From Candidatus Poribacteria bacterium (GTDB lineage Bacteria > Poribacteria > WGA-4E > PCPOR2b): a stretch of 64,000 bases of DNA. Below are positions 27,895 through 38,017 of this stretch, piece after piece (position 1 is the first letter of the stretch; every line of letters begins with the position of its first letter). The DNA lies in NCBI GenBank assembly GCA_965116925.1, contig OZ220744.1:5248001-5312000 (forward strand), written 5' to 3'. Under the pieces are notes generated by a model. That model saw nothing but the letters and a program-made list of their open reading frames with translations, did not search any database and was not told the DNA's origin. The position numbers and the translations under genes were made by a program.

Positions 27895-29091
27895 TCATCG
27901 TTTCTGTTTCAGAAGGGGGACCAGCACAACGGTTATCAATGGAAGCATCACCAATCCATCTAGCAGTTTCGGCAACCCAACCTGATCGCCGATCATACCG
28001 ACCGGATAATTCAATATTCCTGCGGTTCCCCACGCTGCGCCCATTGCGAAGCTGGAAGCCAGATTTTCATGTCTAGGAAGCAGCTGTTGTGCCAGAACGA
28101 TATTGATCGTGACCGAGGTGGAAAGCGTAAAATTTCCCAGAAGAAGCAGAATCAGAAAGAGCGCGCCGCTACTATGCAACGCGGCATATAGAATCGGTGG
28201 CGCAACAAGCAACGAAAAGCGTAACAAAGTATAATGGTTAATCCGGTCTGAAAGAGAACCACCGGTCATGATGCCCATCGAACCCGCAAATACAAAGAGG
28301 GAAAGCACCGCTGAACGCTCGATGTTTGAAAAATTCTGCTGATCGAGGTGCAATGATAGGAAGTTCAACACCCCGACTGTCGTGACGGTTCTCAAAGTAG
28401 TGATTAGATATAACACAATGAGCGGACGCAGTTCGGGACGGAGGGCAATCCAGAGGGTTTCCTTCTTCGGTGTGCTATGCGAAAACGCGGTTGTTGCCGC
28501 AATCCCTTCTTTGGCTGGTCGAGAGTAGTTAGTTTTCGCGACAAGTAATGCGACGAGAAGCCCCGGAATCATGCACCATACCAACTGCTCCAATCCATAA
28601 CGGCTTAACAGAAGCATGATGCAGAACGGTCCAATCGCTTGTCCCACGTTTCCCCCGGTAATAAACAGTGACACGCCGAATCCCCTTCCCCGCTTAGCTA
28701 ATATCGCTGCTTGAACGGCTGCCGGCGGATGGAATGCTGCCACAGCCATACCACCGATTACCAGCAACAACGTCAGCATCAAAAGAGATGGGACGACACC
28801 CATTAAACAGGTGCAAACTGAAGGTATAGCAACACCGAGAATCAAAAAGTACGCGGTCCGCCCCCGATCTGCAAGCTGTCCGAAGAGGACCTGACTAAAG
28901 GAATTGAAAACCCCAGAAACGGCAATAAGTAACCCTGCGAGACTACTCCAAGAAGTGGTGTGTGACACTAGCTTTCTGAATAGGAGTGGTAAGAGATGGG
29001 GTAGGGTTGTGGAGTAGGCATCAACAACGGCATGAGCGAACGTCAACAGATAAAGCCGGTTCTGGAGGGTGGTGTTAGGTCTATCTAGCAT
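27895..29091 (-). CDS. MFS transporter (Fsr-like)
   Basis: HAVVDAY, FGQLADR, AAFHPP, SLFITGGNVG. Confidence 0.88.
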   Translation of the reverse strand: MLDRPNTTLQNRLYLLTFAHAVVDAYSTTLPHLLPLLFRKLVSHTTSWSSLAGLLIAVSGVFNSFSQVLFGQLADRGRTAYFLILGVAIPSVCTCLMGVVPSLLMLTLLLVIGGMAVAAFHPPAAVQAAILAKRGRGFGVSLFITGGNVGQAIGPFCIMLLLSRYGLEQLVWCMIPGLLVALLVAKTNYSRPAKEGIAATTAFSHSTPKKETLWIALRPELRPLIVLYLITTLRTVTTVGVLNFLSLHLDQQNFSNIERSAVLSLFVFAGSMGIMTGGSLSDRINHYTLLRFSLLVAPPILYAALHSSGALFLILLLLGNFTLSTSVTINIVLAQQLLPRHENLASSFAMGAAWGTAGILNYPVGMIGDQVGLPKLLDGLVMLPLITVVLVPLLKQKR

Positions 29092-30298
29092 ATTTCTGTT
29101 TCAGCAGGGGAACTAGCACGACAGTTATCAATGGAAGCATCACCAGTCCGTCCAACACTCTCGCCAGTCCAAAGTGGTCGCCGAGCATACCCACCGGAAT
29201 GCTCAACAATCCACCAATGCTCCATGCTGCGCCCATCATGAAACTGGAGGCAATGTTTTCGTGTTCAGGGAGCAATCGCTGAGCGAGAACGATATTAATC
29301 GTCGTTGAACTGGAGAGGACAAAATTTCCCAAGAAGAGAAGGGTCAGAAAGGTGCCCCCTGAGCTATGCAGAGAGAAGTATAAAAATGGGACGGAGGCGA
29401 TAAAAGAAAACAGCAATAAACCGTAGTAATTAATCCGATCGGAGAACGATCCGCCTACCATGATGCCCATCGAACCGGCGAATATAAATAGTCCAATAAC
29501 GCCTGACCGTGCGAGGTTGGAGTACTGCAAGTCATCAAGGTATAACGAGAGAAAATTTTCTAACCCAATTCCTGTTATTGTACGTACGACGGAGAGCAGA
29601 TATAGCACAAGGAGCGGTTGCCAGTGGGGACCAATTGCCGCCCAAAGATTCTTTCGTTTCGCAGAGCCGTTTGTGGGTGCTGCAACCACCTGAGATGATA
29701 CATTCACTGCTGCTGGCGGTAGTGTCTTTAAAACTTTCGGAATAAGCAACGCAACAAGTACCCCAGCGGACATGCACCACGGCATCGACTCTAACCCGTA
29801 ACGGTACACCACCAGATACATGATGACTAGGGGACCAAGACCGCGTCCGATGTTTCCTCCCGTCAGGAATATTGATATAGCAAAACCTCTCTCCCCGCTA
29901 GCGAGTGCTGCTGCTTGGCTGGTAGCTTTCGGATGGAAAGCAGCAACACCGCAACCGCCAATCCCTAGCAGTACGAGTGCGAAGAAAAGCGAAGGGGCAA
30001 TCCCCAATAGACTCAACGCAATAGCGGTGAACGCGACACCAAAGGTCACGAAATGGATCGTTTGAAACCGATCTGATGCCCAACCGAAGAAGATCTGTCC
30101 AAGCGAGCTAAAGGTGCTATAAACCGAAATGATTATTCCTGCAAGGCTATTCCGCGCAGCGGTTTGAGATGCGAGTTTTTTGAGCAGCAGGGGAAGTAGG
30201 TGCGGTAGGACGGTTGCGTAGGAATCGATTACGGTGTGGACGACGGTAAGGAAATAAAGCTGTTTTCGCGGGGAAAATGAGGAATTTTTTCGCATCAA
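29081..30298 (-). CDS. MFS transporter (Fsr-like), tandem paralog
   Basis: HTVIDSY, FGWASDR, AAFHPK, SIFLTGGNIG. Confidence 0.88.
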   Translation of the reverse strand: MMRKNSSFSPRKQLYFLTVVHTVIDSYATVLPHLLPLLLKKLASQTAARNSLAGIIISVYSTFSSLGQIFFGWASDRFQTIHFVTFGVAFTAIALSLLGIAPSLFFALVLLGIGGCGVAAFHPKATSQAAALASGERGFAISIFLTGGNIGRGLGPLVIMYLVVYRYGLESMPWCMSAGVLVALLIPKVLKTLPPAAVNVSSQVVAAPTNGSAKRKNLWAAIGPHWQPLLVLYLLSVVRTITGIGLENFLSLYLDDLQYSNLARSGVIGLFIFAGSMGIMVGGSFSDRINYYGLLLFSFIASVPFLYFSLHSSGGTFLTLLFLGNFVLSSSTTINIVLAQRLLPEHENIASSFMMGAAWSIGGLLSIPVGMLGDHFGLARVLDGLVMLPLITVVLVPLLKQKYAR

Positions 30299-30447
30299 TA
30301 TAAGCGTTCAAACATTTGGCGTGTGTAAGTCGCGGTCAAGGCATCTCAGCCGGACGACGTTATATCCAATCGGAAATCGAAAAAATATCGCTTGTCCGGC
30401 ATCGGGAGGTAGAATAGCGCAAAATTGTGATGAGGTCAAGGTAATTT

Positions 30448-31986
30448 TCATTCCGTTGGTTCCAATGCTGGGTACAACGCCATATGCTTTCCAGCACCGT
30501 CCATAGCGGTTACTGTGTTCCCCGACCACTGAATCCGATACGGATTCTCATATCCCACAGCGCGCTCCTGCGTCAGAAACTGCGGTCGATCAAAAGTCAT
30601 TTTAACCTGAGCCCCTTCACGGACTTGATCCGCCTTTAGGTAGTATCGAGTGATCGGTATTGTGTTTCCGTCAATAGTTGCTCTAAGACGTTCGCACCAA
30701 GGGGGAATACGAATGGACAGCGTCTCGATAGGACGTTTTGCTTCAACCACCAGAGTAGTGTTACCGCTGAGGAATGTGACTGCCTCGTGCTCGCGGGACA
30801 ATAGCAGGTTGATCCGGACGTTGCCGTTATCTTCACAGGTGATAATATGTTCCCAAGCGGCTGCAATACCCTGTAAAGCAGCACCGGTCAAATCTGAATT
30901 ATAGGAGTGAAAACCGTTCGGTTCGCCGAAGCAAAAAGCGCCTCGCGCCCGTCGTCGCAGCCCTTCATACGCACGCCTTTCGGTATTCTCCATCCCCTCA
31001 TTTTCCACAACCCATGACAGGTCGTCCATCTGAGAGGCGAGAAGGTGGTTGCAAAGCATCCGTTCCGCATCTTCAAAGTAGGAGCTATAGCCCGATGCAC
31101 CAAGCAGACACGCTGCCTCAATTAGGTCTGCGGTACAGTTCGCCTCACCCCGACCGTATTTTGCGTTTACGCTCTCCTTGACCCAACCGGTCGAGGTGCG
31201 ATAGGGCAGCATCCCCACATCAAAGATAAGCCGTGCCCGAGCGGTAAACTCTCGTTCCCCGGTAACCAATCCGAGTTCCGCTAACGAGGCGATTGTCCCG
31301 GTGATGGAGTGGATATGCGTCCCACAGGATGGGGTCAACTCTCCATTCTCCCCGAAGCTAACTGCGAGAGCGTGGCGGGCGAAACGGAGTGCCAAATCTA
31401 TTCCAAGTGAATCGTCAAAGGTACGACTATAGGCGATCAGTGCCCCGATTGCGCGTTCTGAAGTTGTTGTTGCTATGTTATCTTCCTGCCAACCGTCTGG
31501 TCCTAAGCATCTCGCCGGATAGGTTCCGGTGGCGCGGGTCGTTTTCTCCATCGCTGCGACAAGGGCTTTGGCATACTGCTCGGCTTTTGGGTCCCCCCAG
31601 ATCCGCCAGACAGCGATTAAGGCGAGCAACGCTTCGCGCTGATGGTGCATATAAGCCAAGGGTGGACCTGAATCGCTGCCCATATCGTCCCAAGCGAAAC
31701 CATCGTTGTGATCGCAACTATCAAAAATCTGTTTACGCAGCCCTTCCAATAACTCTGTATCGTCCGGTAAACCGACCATTCCATGGCACACATTGAGCGC
31801 ATGAAGGAACCTGCCGACGGTGTGCGGTGTATCGGCGGCTTCGTGCTGAGACCAGACAGGCGGCGAAATCAGGTTGAAGCGGAAATACGGACGGCAGTCT
31901 CGCTCGCGGTCTACACTGTTGCAAATATGTTCGATTCCGAGCAGTACGCTCTCCCGGAGATCTATCGGCTGCATTGGATCTTTCAT
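30448..31986 (-). CDS. hypothetical protein, possibly GH127-like (alpha/alpha)6 barrel
   Basis: HIHS, E.NCTAD, AERMLCNHLLASQ, LSIRIPPW. Confidence 0.55.
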   Translation of the reverse strand: MKDPMQPIDLRESVLLGIEHICNSVDRERDCRPYFRFNLISPPVWSQHEAADTPHTVGRFLHALNVCHGMVGLPDDTELLEGLRKQIFDSCDHNDGFAWDDMGSDSGPPLAYMHHQREALLALIAVWRIWGDPKAEQYAKALVAAMEKTTRATGTYPARCLGPDGWQEDNIATTTSERAIGALIAYSRTFDDSLGIDLALRFARHALAVSFGENGELTPSCGTHIHSITGTIASLAELGLVTGEREFTARARLIFDVGMLPYRTSTGWVKESVNAKYGRGEANCTADLIEAACLLGASGYSSYFEDAERMLCNHLLASQMDDLSWVVENEGMENTERRAYEGLRRRARGAFCFGEPNGFHSYNSDLTGAALQGIAAAWEHIITCEDNGNVRINLLLSREHEAVTFLSGNTTLVVEAKRPIETLSIRIPPWCERLRATIDGNTIPITRYYLKADQVREGAQVKMTFDRPQFLTQERAVGYENPYRIQWSGNTVTAMDGAGKHMALYPALEPTE

Positions 31987-32066
31987 CTCTCAACCTCTCC
32001 TTCCGGCTAAATTGTAGGAAACGCAGATCTGCGTTCCCTACAGGGTTTCGCCTCTTGCGCTGCCCG

Positions 32067-33524
32067 CTACGCCCAACGTTCCACGACCACCTTCTTCTGT
32101 GTGAAGAACTCGACCGCGTCTTTGCCCTGTCCGTGCATATCTCCGAAGAAGCTATCCTTCCATCCACTGAACGGGAAGAAAGCCATCGGTGCTGCGACGC
32201 CGAGGTTAATTCCGATATTGCCAATCTCCGCCTCGTAGCGAAATTTCCGCGCGGCTGCGCCGCTACTGGTGAATAGACATGCCATATTCCCATAACTCCC
32301 ACCGTTCACCAAGGAAATCGCATCGTCGATCGTGTCCACATGGATGGCACTCAAAACCGGACCAAAAATCTCCGTCTTGACTATTTCGCTTGCTGGATTC
32401 ACATCACCCAAGAGCGTCGGGCGGACGAAATTTCCATTTTCATATCCGGAGATCTGCGGGTTGCGTCCGTCGACCAAAGCCTTCGCCCCCTCGTCCACCC
32501 CCTTCTGGATAAGCCCCTCGATCCGGGATCTGCTTTCAGGCGTTATCACGGGACCCATCTCAACACCATCCTCTAACCCATAGCCAACGACTCGCGTTTC
32601 TGCAGCATCGGTCATCGCCTCCGTGAACCACTCTCGCGCCTCACCAACGGTAACAGCCAGTGAAGCTGCCAAGCACCGTTGCCCTGCACATCCGAAGGCG
32701 CTCTCGGCGGTCGCGTGGCGCGTTGTCTCCGGATCTGCGTCCGGTAGGACGATAATTGGATTCTTCGCTCCACCTTGGCATTGGGCGCGTTTTCCGTTCG
32801 CTGTCGCCCGGCTGTAGACATATCTGGCGGTGGCGGTCGAACCGACAAAGCTGACCGCCTTAATGGTGGGATTATCTAGAATAGCGTTCACCGTTGCCTC
32901 GGACCCGTTCACCAGATTGACGACACCTTTGGGCAGCCCTGTGCTTTCGATGAGTTGAAAAATCTTCTGCATCGTCAGCGGCACTTTCTCAGAAGGCTTA
33001 ACGATGTAGGTGTTACCGCAGGCGATTGCATACGGCATAAACCACGATGTAATCATACCGGGAAAGTTAAACGGAGCGATTGCGGCACAAACACCTACAG
33101 GCTGCCGAATCATGATTTCGTCAATGCCGGTGGCAATGTCTTCAAGGTTGTAACCCTGCATCAGCGTCGAAATGCCACAGGCGACCTCAACGTTTTCAAT
33201 GGCACGACGCATCTCCCCCTGTGATTCAACTAACGTTTTACCACATTCTAACGTGATGGTACGAGCGATATCCTCAAAGCTTTCTTCAAGCAAGTTTTTT
33301 AGTTTGAATAGGTATTGGACACGGTCTGGTGCCGGTGTGCGCCGCCATTCAACAAGTGCCTCCGCAGCTGCCTGAGCCGCCCGATCGACTTCGGCACCTG
33401 GAGAGAGGGGCACCGCTCCGAGAACTTCTGCTGTCGCTGGGTTGGTGACATCCAGATATTCACTCGCACTGGACCGACGCCATTCATTGTTGATATAATT
33501 ATTGAGGACAGTTTCTGTGCTCAT
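32067..33524 (-). CDS. mmsA: CoA-acylating methylmalonate-semialdehyde dehydrogenase
   Basis: [48 protein letters not shown]. Confidence 0.92.
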   Translation of the reverse strand: MSTETVLNNYINNEWRRSSASEYLDVTNPATAEVLGAVPLSPGAEVDRAAQAAAEALVEWRRTPAPDRVQYLFKLKNLLEESFEDIARTITLECGKTLVESQGEMRRAIENVEVACGISTLMQGYNLEDIATGIDEIMIRQPVGVCAAIAPFNFPGMITSWFMPYAIACGNTYIVKPSEKVPLTMQKIFQLIESTGLPKGVVNLVNGSEATVNAILDNPTIKAVSFVGSTATARYVYSRATANGKRAQCQGGAKNPIIVLPDADPETTRHATAESAFGCAGQRCLAASLAVTVGEAREWFTEAMTDAAETRVVGYGLEDGVEMGPVITPESRSRIEGLIQKGVDEGAKALVDGRNPQISGYENGNFVRPTLLGDVNPASEIVKTEIFGPVLSAIHVDTIDDAISLVNGGSYGNMACLFTSSGAAARKFRYEAEIGNIGINLGVAAPMAFFPFSGWKDSFFGDMHGQGKDAVEFFTQKKVVVERWA

Positions 33525-33554
33525 GGTTATTTCTTTCCTTTCCTATAACGATAA

Positions 33555-33704
33555 TAGGAGTTACGTACTTCAGATCGTAGTTGCCCGATTCATCGGGCAT
33601 CAAGGGACATGTTCAGCTCCACACCTATCGTAGGCGGGGCATCTTGCCCCGCATTGGTGGTGAAGCATCGAATTACAGTATCTCGTCTTGCTGCGTGAGC
33701 CCTA
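33555..33704. mobile_element. MITE, AGGAGTTACG family
   Basis: TAGGAGTTACGT ... GCGTGAGCCCTA; internal GTAGTTGCCCGATTCATCGGGC and GTAGGCGGGGCATCTTGCCCCGC. Confidence 0.6.
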
Positions 33705-33871
33705 AATAAGAGAAGTATTCCTTTGAGGTAAGCGGAGTTAAATCCCAATTTATGAGAACGCGCACTGCCAGTGTTCAGGATCTAATCAGTATCCGCTAAT
33801 TACACGAATCCACACTAATACACTCTCACCATTACAGACTATTTCGCGTAGATTTGCGTAGATTCGTGGAT

Positions 33872-34411
33872 TCAGTTTGTATTCAGTTTATCCCGAAACG
33901 CCTTCCTGAATTTCCGCACTTTCGGGTCAATGACCACTTGACAATACGGCTGATAGGGGTTCAGTCGGAAATAATTCTGGTGATACGCTTCTGCGGGATA
34001 AAAAACATCCACCGGCTCAATTTCTGTGACGATTGGATCCTTCCATAACCCTGAAGCATCGGTCTCTTCCTTTGATTTTTGTGCTATCTCTTTCTGTTCC
34101 TCACTATGATAAAAGATCGCAGAGCGGTATTGTGTGCCGACATCAGCGCCCTGCCGATTCAAAGTGGTTGGATCATGGGTACGCCAGAAAATGTACAGTA
34201 TATCTTCGTAAGAGATAACTTCAGGATCGAAACTAATCTGCACAACTTCAGCGTGTCCGGTGGTCTCACTGCAAACCTGTTGATAGGTTGGGTTTTCAAC
34301 GACACCACCTGAATAGCCGGAAATCACCTCATGCACGCCTTGGAGATCTTGATAGATAGCTTCGACACACCAGAAACATCCACCGGCGAGCGTTGCAGTT
34401 TCTTTGTTCAT
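33872..34411 (-). CDS. msrA: peptide methionine sulfoxide reductase A
   Basis: GGCFWC, TGHAEVV, HDPTTLNRQGADVGTQYRS, YHQNY. Confidence 0.97.
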   Translation of the reverse strand: MNKETATLAGGCFWCVEAIYQDLQGVHEVISGYSGGVVENPTYQQVCSETTGHAEVVQISFDPEVISYEDILYIFWRTHDPTTLNRQGADVGTQYRSAIFYHSEEQKEIAQKSKEETDASGLWKDPIVTEIEPVDVFYPAEAYHQNYFRLNPYQPYCQVVIDPKVRKFRKAFRDKLNTN

Positions 34412-34470
34412 CGAAATCTTCGCTGTGGAAACCCCGTCTTTTAAGGCGGGGTTTCCACAGCGCCTCCTTC

Positions 34471-35478
34471 TTAGATATAGTTAAAGTTTAATCGTGTGAG
34501 GACTTTGAAACTCTCACGTTTCGCAGACTGAGTGAGACGTTTGCCCTCCAACGAGTATAGAGAATACCCTTTTTTCTCCATATAGCCGCTAACACGAGTC
34601 AACCCGTGTGTTACATGTTTGACCAGCGTGTTCTTGGCTATGCCATTGCACATTGTACCCCCGTAGCGTGGGCGTCTGCCACCCTGCTGTGGGTTCTGTC
34701 TGTGCAATTGCCGCCGTGCAATGGGTATCGGACTGACATAAAACACACAGGTATTGTCCACTTGGTCTGTATCGCTTCCGATGACATGATATGCCAAGCA
34801 CCATGAGTCTACACAATGGGCGCTGAAGTCGTTCGACATCTTGTTGCCAGACTTCTGGAGTCCGAGCGAATCACGAATTGCCTTTGTTTCAAAACCTTTA
34901 AGTGTGACCAATATCCAACGGTTCTGGATTTCAGCGTAGAACCATTGCTTCCCTACCTCAAAGGGGCTAAAAGATTCGTTCCAGTGACGGGCACCCTTCG
35001 ACGTTCGTGCCTTGATATCGTCAACACAGACATGCGTTATCGGAAACATCGTGGACAGGTAGTTGAGGATTCGGAGTTTCCAATCCCACCGTGTCCGTGT
35101 GCCGGCGGGTAGCCGTTGTTGATTCGCCATGCGGTTGGTGCGGTGCTTTCGATTCGGACACTTCCGTGACCGTCTACCCCGTCTCAATTGACGACGTGTT
35201 TCAACTTTTTTGCTAACCTTGTTATGAGCGTCAGTTTGTACATTCAGATATGTCGATTTCCCTGACTTGACAGTGAACCCTTCCTTCTTGCTACCGGGGT
35301 CAATCCCAACGGCTATCTCTTGTGTTTGGGTGCCAGAGGGTTCGCCATTCAACCGTACGCAGAATACGCCATTCCGAAAAAACGGTGTGGCTTTACCGGA
35401 CTTCATCCACTTCCTTGCCCTTGCGGGTGTGGTCGGCATTAAGGGGTTACGATTTTTGTCAATGACAGGAACAAACAT
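34471..35478 (-). CDS. isrB: IsrB RNA-guided nickase (PLMP, split RuvC, RRXRR helix, no HNH)
   Basis: NPLMPT, VGIDPGSK, RRQLRRGRRSRK, VCVDDIKA, SAHCVDS; 335 aa with no HNH/CxxC insert. Confidence 0.85.
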   Translation of the reverse strand: MFVPVIDKNRNPLMPTTPARARKWMKSGKATPFFRNGVFCVRLNGEPSGTQTQEIAVGIDPGSKKEGFTVKSGKSTYLNVQTDAHNKVSKKVETRRQLRRGRRSRKCPNRKHRTNRMANQQRLPAGTRTRWDWKLRILNYLSTMFPITHVCVDDIKARTSKGARHWNESFSPFEVGKQWFYAEIQNRWILVTLKGFETKAIRDSLGLQKSGNKMSNDFSAHCVDSWCLAYHVIGSDTDQVDNTCVFYVSPIPIARRQLHRQNPQQGGRRPRYGGTMCNGIAKNTLVKHVTHGLTRVSGYMEKKGYSLYSLEGKRLTQSAKRESFKVLTRLNFNYI

Positions 35479-35479
35479 T

Positions 35480-35679
35480 GTAAATCACTCCTGCGGGTGT
35501 GTGTATTACCCCATCGACATCACGGAATCAGAGCGGAATCAGGCTTGGGGAGCACCTGAAACATCAGTTAGGCTGCCACGCCTTAGACCCGTGATATAAT
35601 CGTCTAGTCAACGGTTTAACGTGCAAGTGCCCGTTGGCACGGAATTGCAAGCCTCGCCCTTTAGGGCGGGGTTATTGAC
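35480..35679 (-). ncRNA. putative omegaRNA scaffold of IsrB
   Basis: About 200-nt non-coding, hairpin-rich segment between element left end and isrB start, the position known for omegaRNAs; ends approximate. Confidence 0.65.
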
Positions 35680-35834
35680 ACGTTCCTCCATGTATATGCC
35701 CGATGAATCCCGATCAATCGGGACAAGCCGAGAGCAGGTCCCGACTCGTCGGGATTCTCGGAACGGAACAGGCGGGATTAAGAATCGGGCGACTACAACA
35801 GAATTTATCGAGTAGGGAACAACGATCGTTGTTC

Positions 35835-37067
35835 CTACGTCCATGCCCGTTGAATCTTCGCAATCGCTTCAACGATGTTGTCCATATCCTTGCGTGAACC
35901 GAGCAGCAGATTCTGGAACAGCCAAACACTCTCTTGACACACCTGCTTCGCGACGGGACAGGGAAGTTCACGAATCAAGTGCGGATATTTCTGGGCGGCA
36001 TGTGCGACACCAGCTTCCTGTGAAAGCGGCGCGCCATAGCCGCTTGAGCAAGGGATCCCCTCTGCGCTTAACGCTTCGAGAAATTTGCTTCTCGGCATCC
36101 CGCCGAACCCTTCCGGATTGTACTTGGCACAATATAGGTGATAACCGTGTTGAGTCACCCAAGGGCTCAATTTCGGAGGTGTGAAACCTTCAATCTGTTT
36201 CAATTCCGTTGAGAGATACGCTGCGTTCGCATTTCGGATTTTGGTTTGTTCCTCCAATTTGCCTAGACGCGGGATCAGCAACGCCGCAAGGTACTCCGAC
36301 GGACGATAGTTCCAACCGAGGCGCGGGTACTCCCATCGTGCCCCACCCGGTGCCCGTCCAACGTTCATGAAGGCATAAACGCGGTCACAAACATCTTTAT
36401 CATCCGTTGTAACCATCCCGCCTTCACCCGAAGTTAGGTTTTTGGACGATTGGAAACTGAAAGCCCCTGCACTACCGAGTGCCCCCACCTTTGTCCCTTG
36501 AAATGCCGCACCGTGTGCCTGTGCACAGTCTTCGACGATTGCGAGTCCATGCCGATCCGCGATTTGTTGCAGGGCATCCATCTGTGCGGGGTGGCCGCCC
36601 AAGTGCACCGGCAGAATTGCCCGGGTCCGGTTTGGGTCAATTGCAGCTTCCACAGCAGCTGGATCAATCGTGAAGCTATCCGGGTCAATGTCCACAAACG
36701 CAATTGTGCAATTCCGATCAAGGGCGGCGCTTGCCGTTGCAACAAAGGTGTAGTTGGGAATAATCACCTCACCGCCATCGCCGAAGCCGTCCAGATCGAG
36801 TGCACCAGCTAGCGCGGCACTGATCGCGTCGGTCCCGTGCGGCATAAACATGGCATATTTTGTGCCGGTGTATTCAGCGTACTTCTCGTTGAGTTCTTCT
36901 ATTTTTTGACCGCCCAATCCCTCTGTCGCGCTGAGATACACTTCGCGCAACCTCGGTTCGATTTCCGATTCCCACTCTTCCACACCGCTTAAAGGCGAAA
37001 TGGGCCACGGATCTTTTTGTGTGTCGCGGACGGGTGTCCCACCGGATATAGCGAGTTTAGTTGCCAT
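35835..37067 (-). CDS. DegT/DnrJ/EryC1/StrS PLP-dependent aminotransferase
   Basis: YTFVAT, EDCAQAHG, FSFQSSKNLTSGEGG, GWNYR; AAGGAGG RBS. Confidence 0.92.
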   Translation of the reverse strand: MATKLAISGGTPVRDTQKDPWPISPLSGVEEWESEIEPRLREVYLSATEGLGGQKIEELNEKYAEYTGTKYAMFMPHGTDAISAALAGALDLDGFGDGGEVIIPNYTFVATASAALDRNCTIAFVDIDPDSFTIDPAAVEAAIDPNRTRAILPVHLGGHPAQMDALQQIADRHGLAIVEDCAQAHGAAFQGTKVGALGSAGAFSFQSSKNLTSGEGGMVTTDDKDVCDRVYAFMNVGRAPGGARWEYPRLGWNYRPSEYLAALLIPRLGKLEEQTKIRNANAAYLSTELKQIEGFTPPKLSPWVTQHGYHLYCAKYNPEGFGGMPRSKFLEALSAEGIPCSSGYGAPLSQEAGVAHAAQKYPHLIRELPCPVAKQVCQESVWLFQNLLLGSRKDMDNIVEAIAKIQRAWT

Positions 37068-37315
37068 AAATTCCTCCTTAACCCCAAAGCAGGGTTCACT
37101 TCTGAAACCCCTTAAATCCTGTTTCAATCTCTTTGCCCGGTTATTATATCACGAAAGCCAAATTTTTACCCAGAAATTTACCGCTCATTTTATCATGCGG
37201 ATAGTGCTGAAACGTAGTATAATAACACCAATGAACTAATGAGCTAGTTATTTTTACGTTTCACGCTTGCTTTTGATATGAGCCAATCTCATTCATTTGG
37301 AGGAAATCAATTATC

Positions 37316-37990
37316 ATGGAACTTTACCTGATTCGACACGGACAATCCACCAACAACGAAGGAAAGCACCCACGCGTCGCAGATCCGCCGCTAACAGATA
37401 TTGGGGTAGAACAGGCACGTTGGGTCGGTGAATCCCTCAAGGATGAAGGCATTACTCGCCTATACTCTAGCCCGATGTTAAGAACTTTGCAGACCGCTCA
37501 GATTATCAGCGACATCATTGACCTCCCCCCGCACATCTTCGTTGGGCTGCATGAATGGGGTGGTATCTGGGAAGCCCGCGGAGATGGAACCGCTGTACAA
37601 CTGCCCGGATTAAACCGTGCTGGAATGCGTGAAGTCTGCCCCAATGTCGTTTTATCCGACGATGTAACCGACCAAGGTTGGTGGTTTAACAAAGGATTTG
37701 CAGGGGAGATTGAGGGAATGGCAGAACTATCCCATGAGAACGGCTTGGCTTTTATCGCCCATTTAATGGAACATCACGGCGATACAGAGGAACGGGTTGC
37801 CGCTGTCTCTCACGGTGGCTCCGGTGGGAGCTTGATCAGTGCCTTCTTTGGCTTGCCACCCGATGTGGGCTATTCGCGTTTTACCCAAAACAATACAGGG
37901 GTCAGTAAATTATCATTTACATCGGAGCGAAGACAGCTGCTCTGTCTTAACAGAATCAGCCATCTGCCGCCGGAGGCAGTCACGTCATAA
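37316..37990 (+). CDS. histidine phosphatase (phosphoglycerate mutase-like)
   Basis: LYLIRHGQS, SSPMLRTLQTA, VSHGG. Confidence 0.9.
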   Translation: MELYLIRHGQSTNNEGKHPRVADPPLTDIGVEQARWVGESLKDEGITRLYSSPMLRTLQTAQIISDIIDLPPHIFVGLHEWGGIWEARGDGTAVQLPGLNRAGMREVCPNVVLSDDVTDQGWWFNKGFAGEIEGMAELSHENGLAFIAHLMEHHGDTEERVAAVSHGGSGGSLISAFFGLPPDVGYSRFTQNNTGVSKLSFTSERRQLLCLNRISHLPPEAVTS

Positions 37991-38017
37991 GACTTGGAAT
38001 TTCAAAGGAGGAGATCA

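Larger units (their letters stand above)
34412..35679 (-). mobile_element. non-autonomous IS200/IS605-superfamily element carrying isrB (OMEGA)
   Basis: Left end GTCAATAACCCCGCCCTAAAGGGCGAGGC hairpin; right end GCTGTGGAAACCCCG-CCTTAAAAGA-CGGGGTTTCCACAGC hairpin; no tnpA. Confidence 0.8.

Noticed and set aside
34471..35478. IscB, TnpB or Cas9
   Set aside because: The PLMP N-terminus excludes TnpB; absence of an HNH insert and 335-aa size exclude IscB and Cas9
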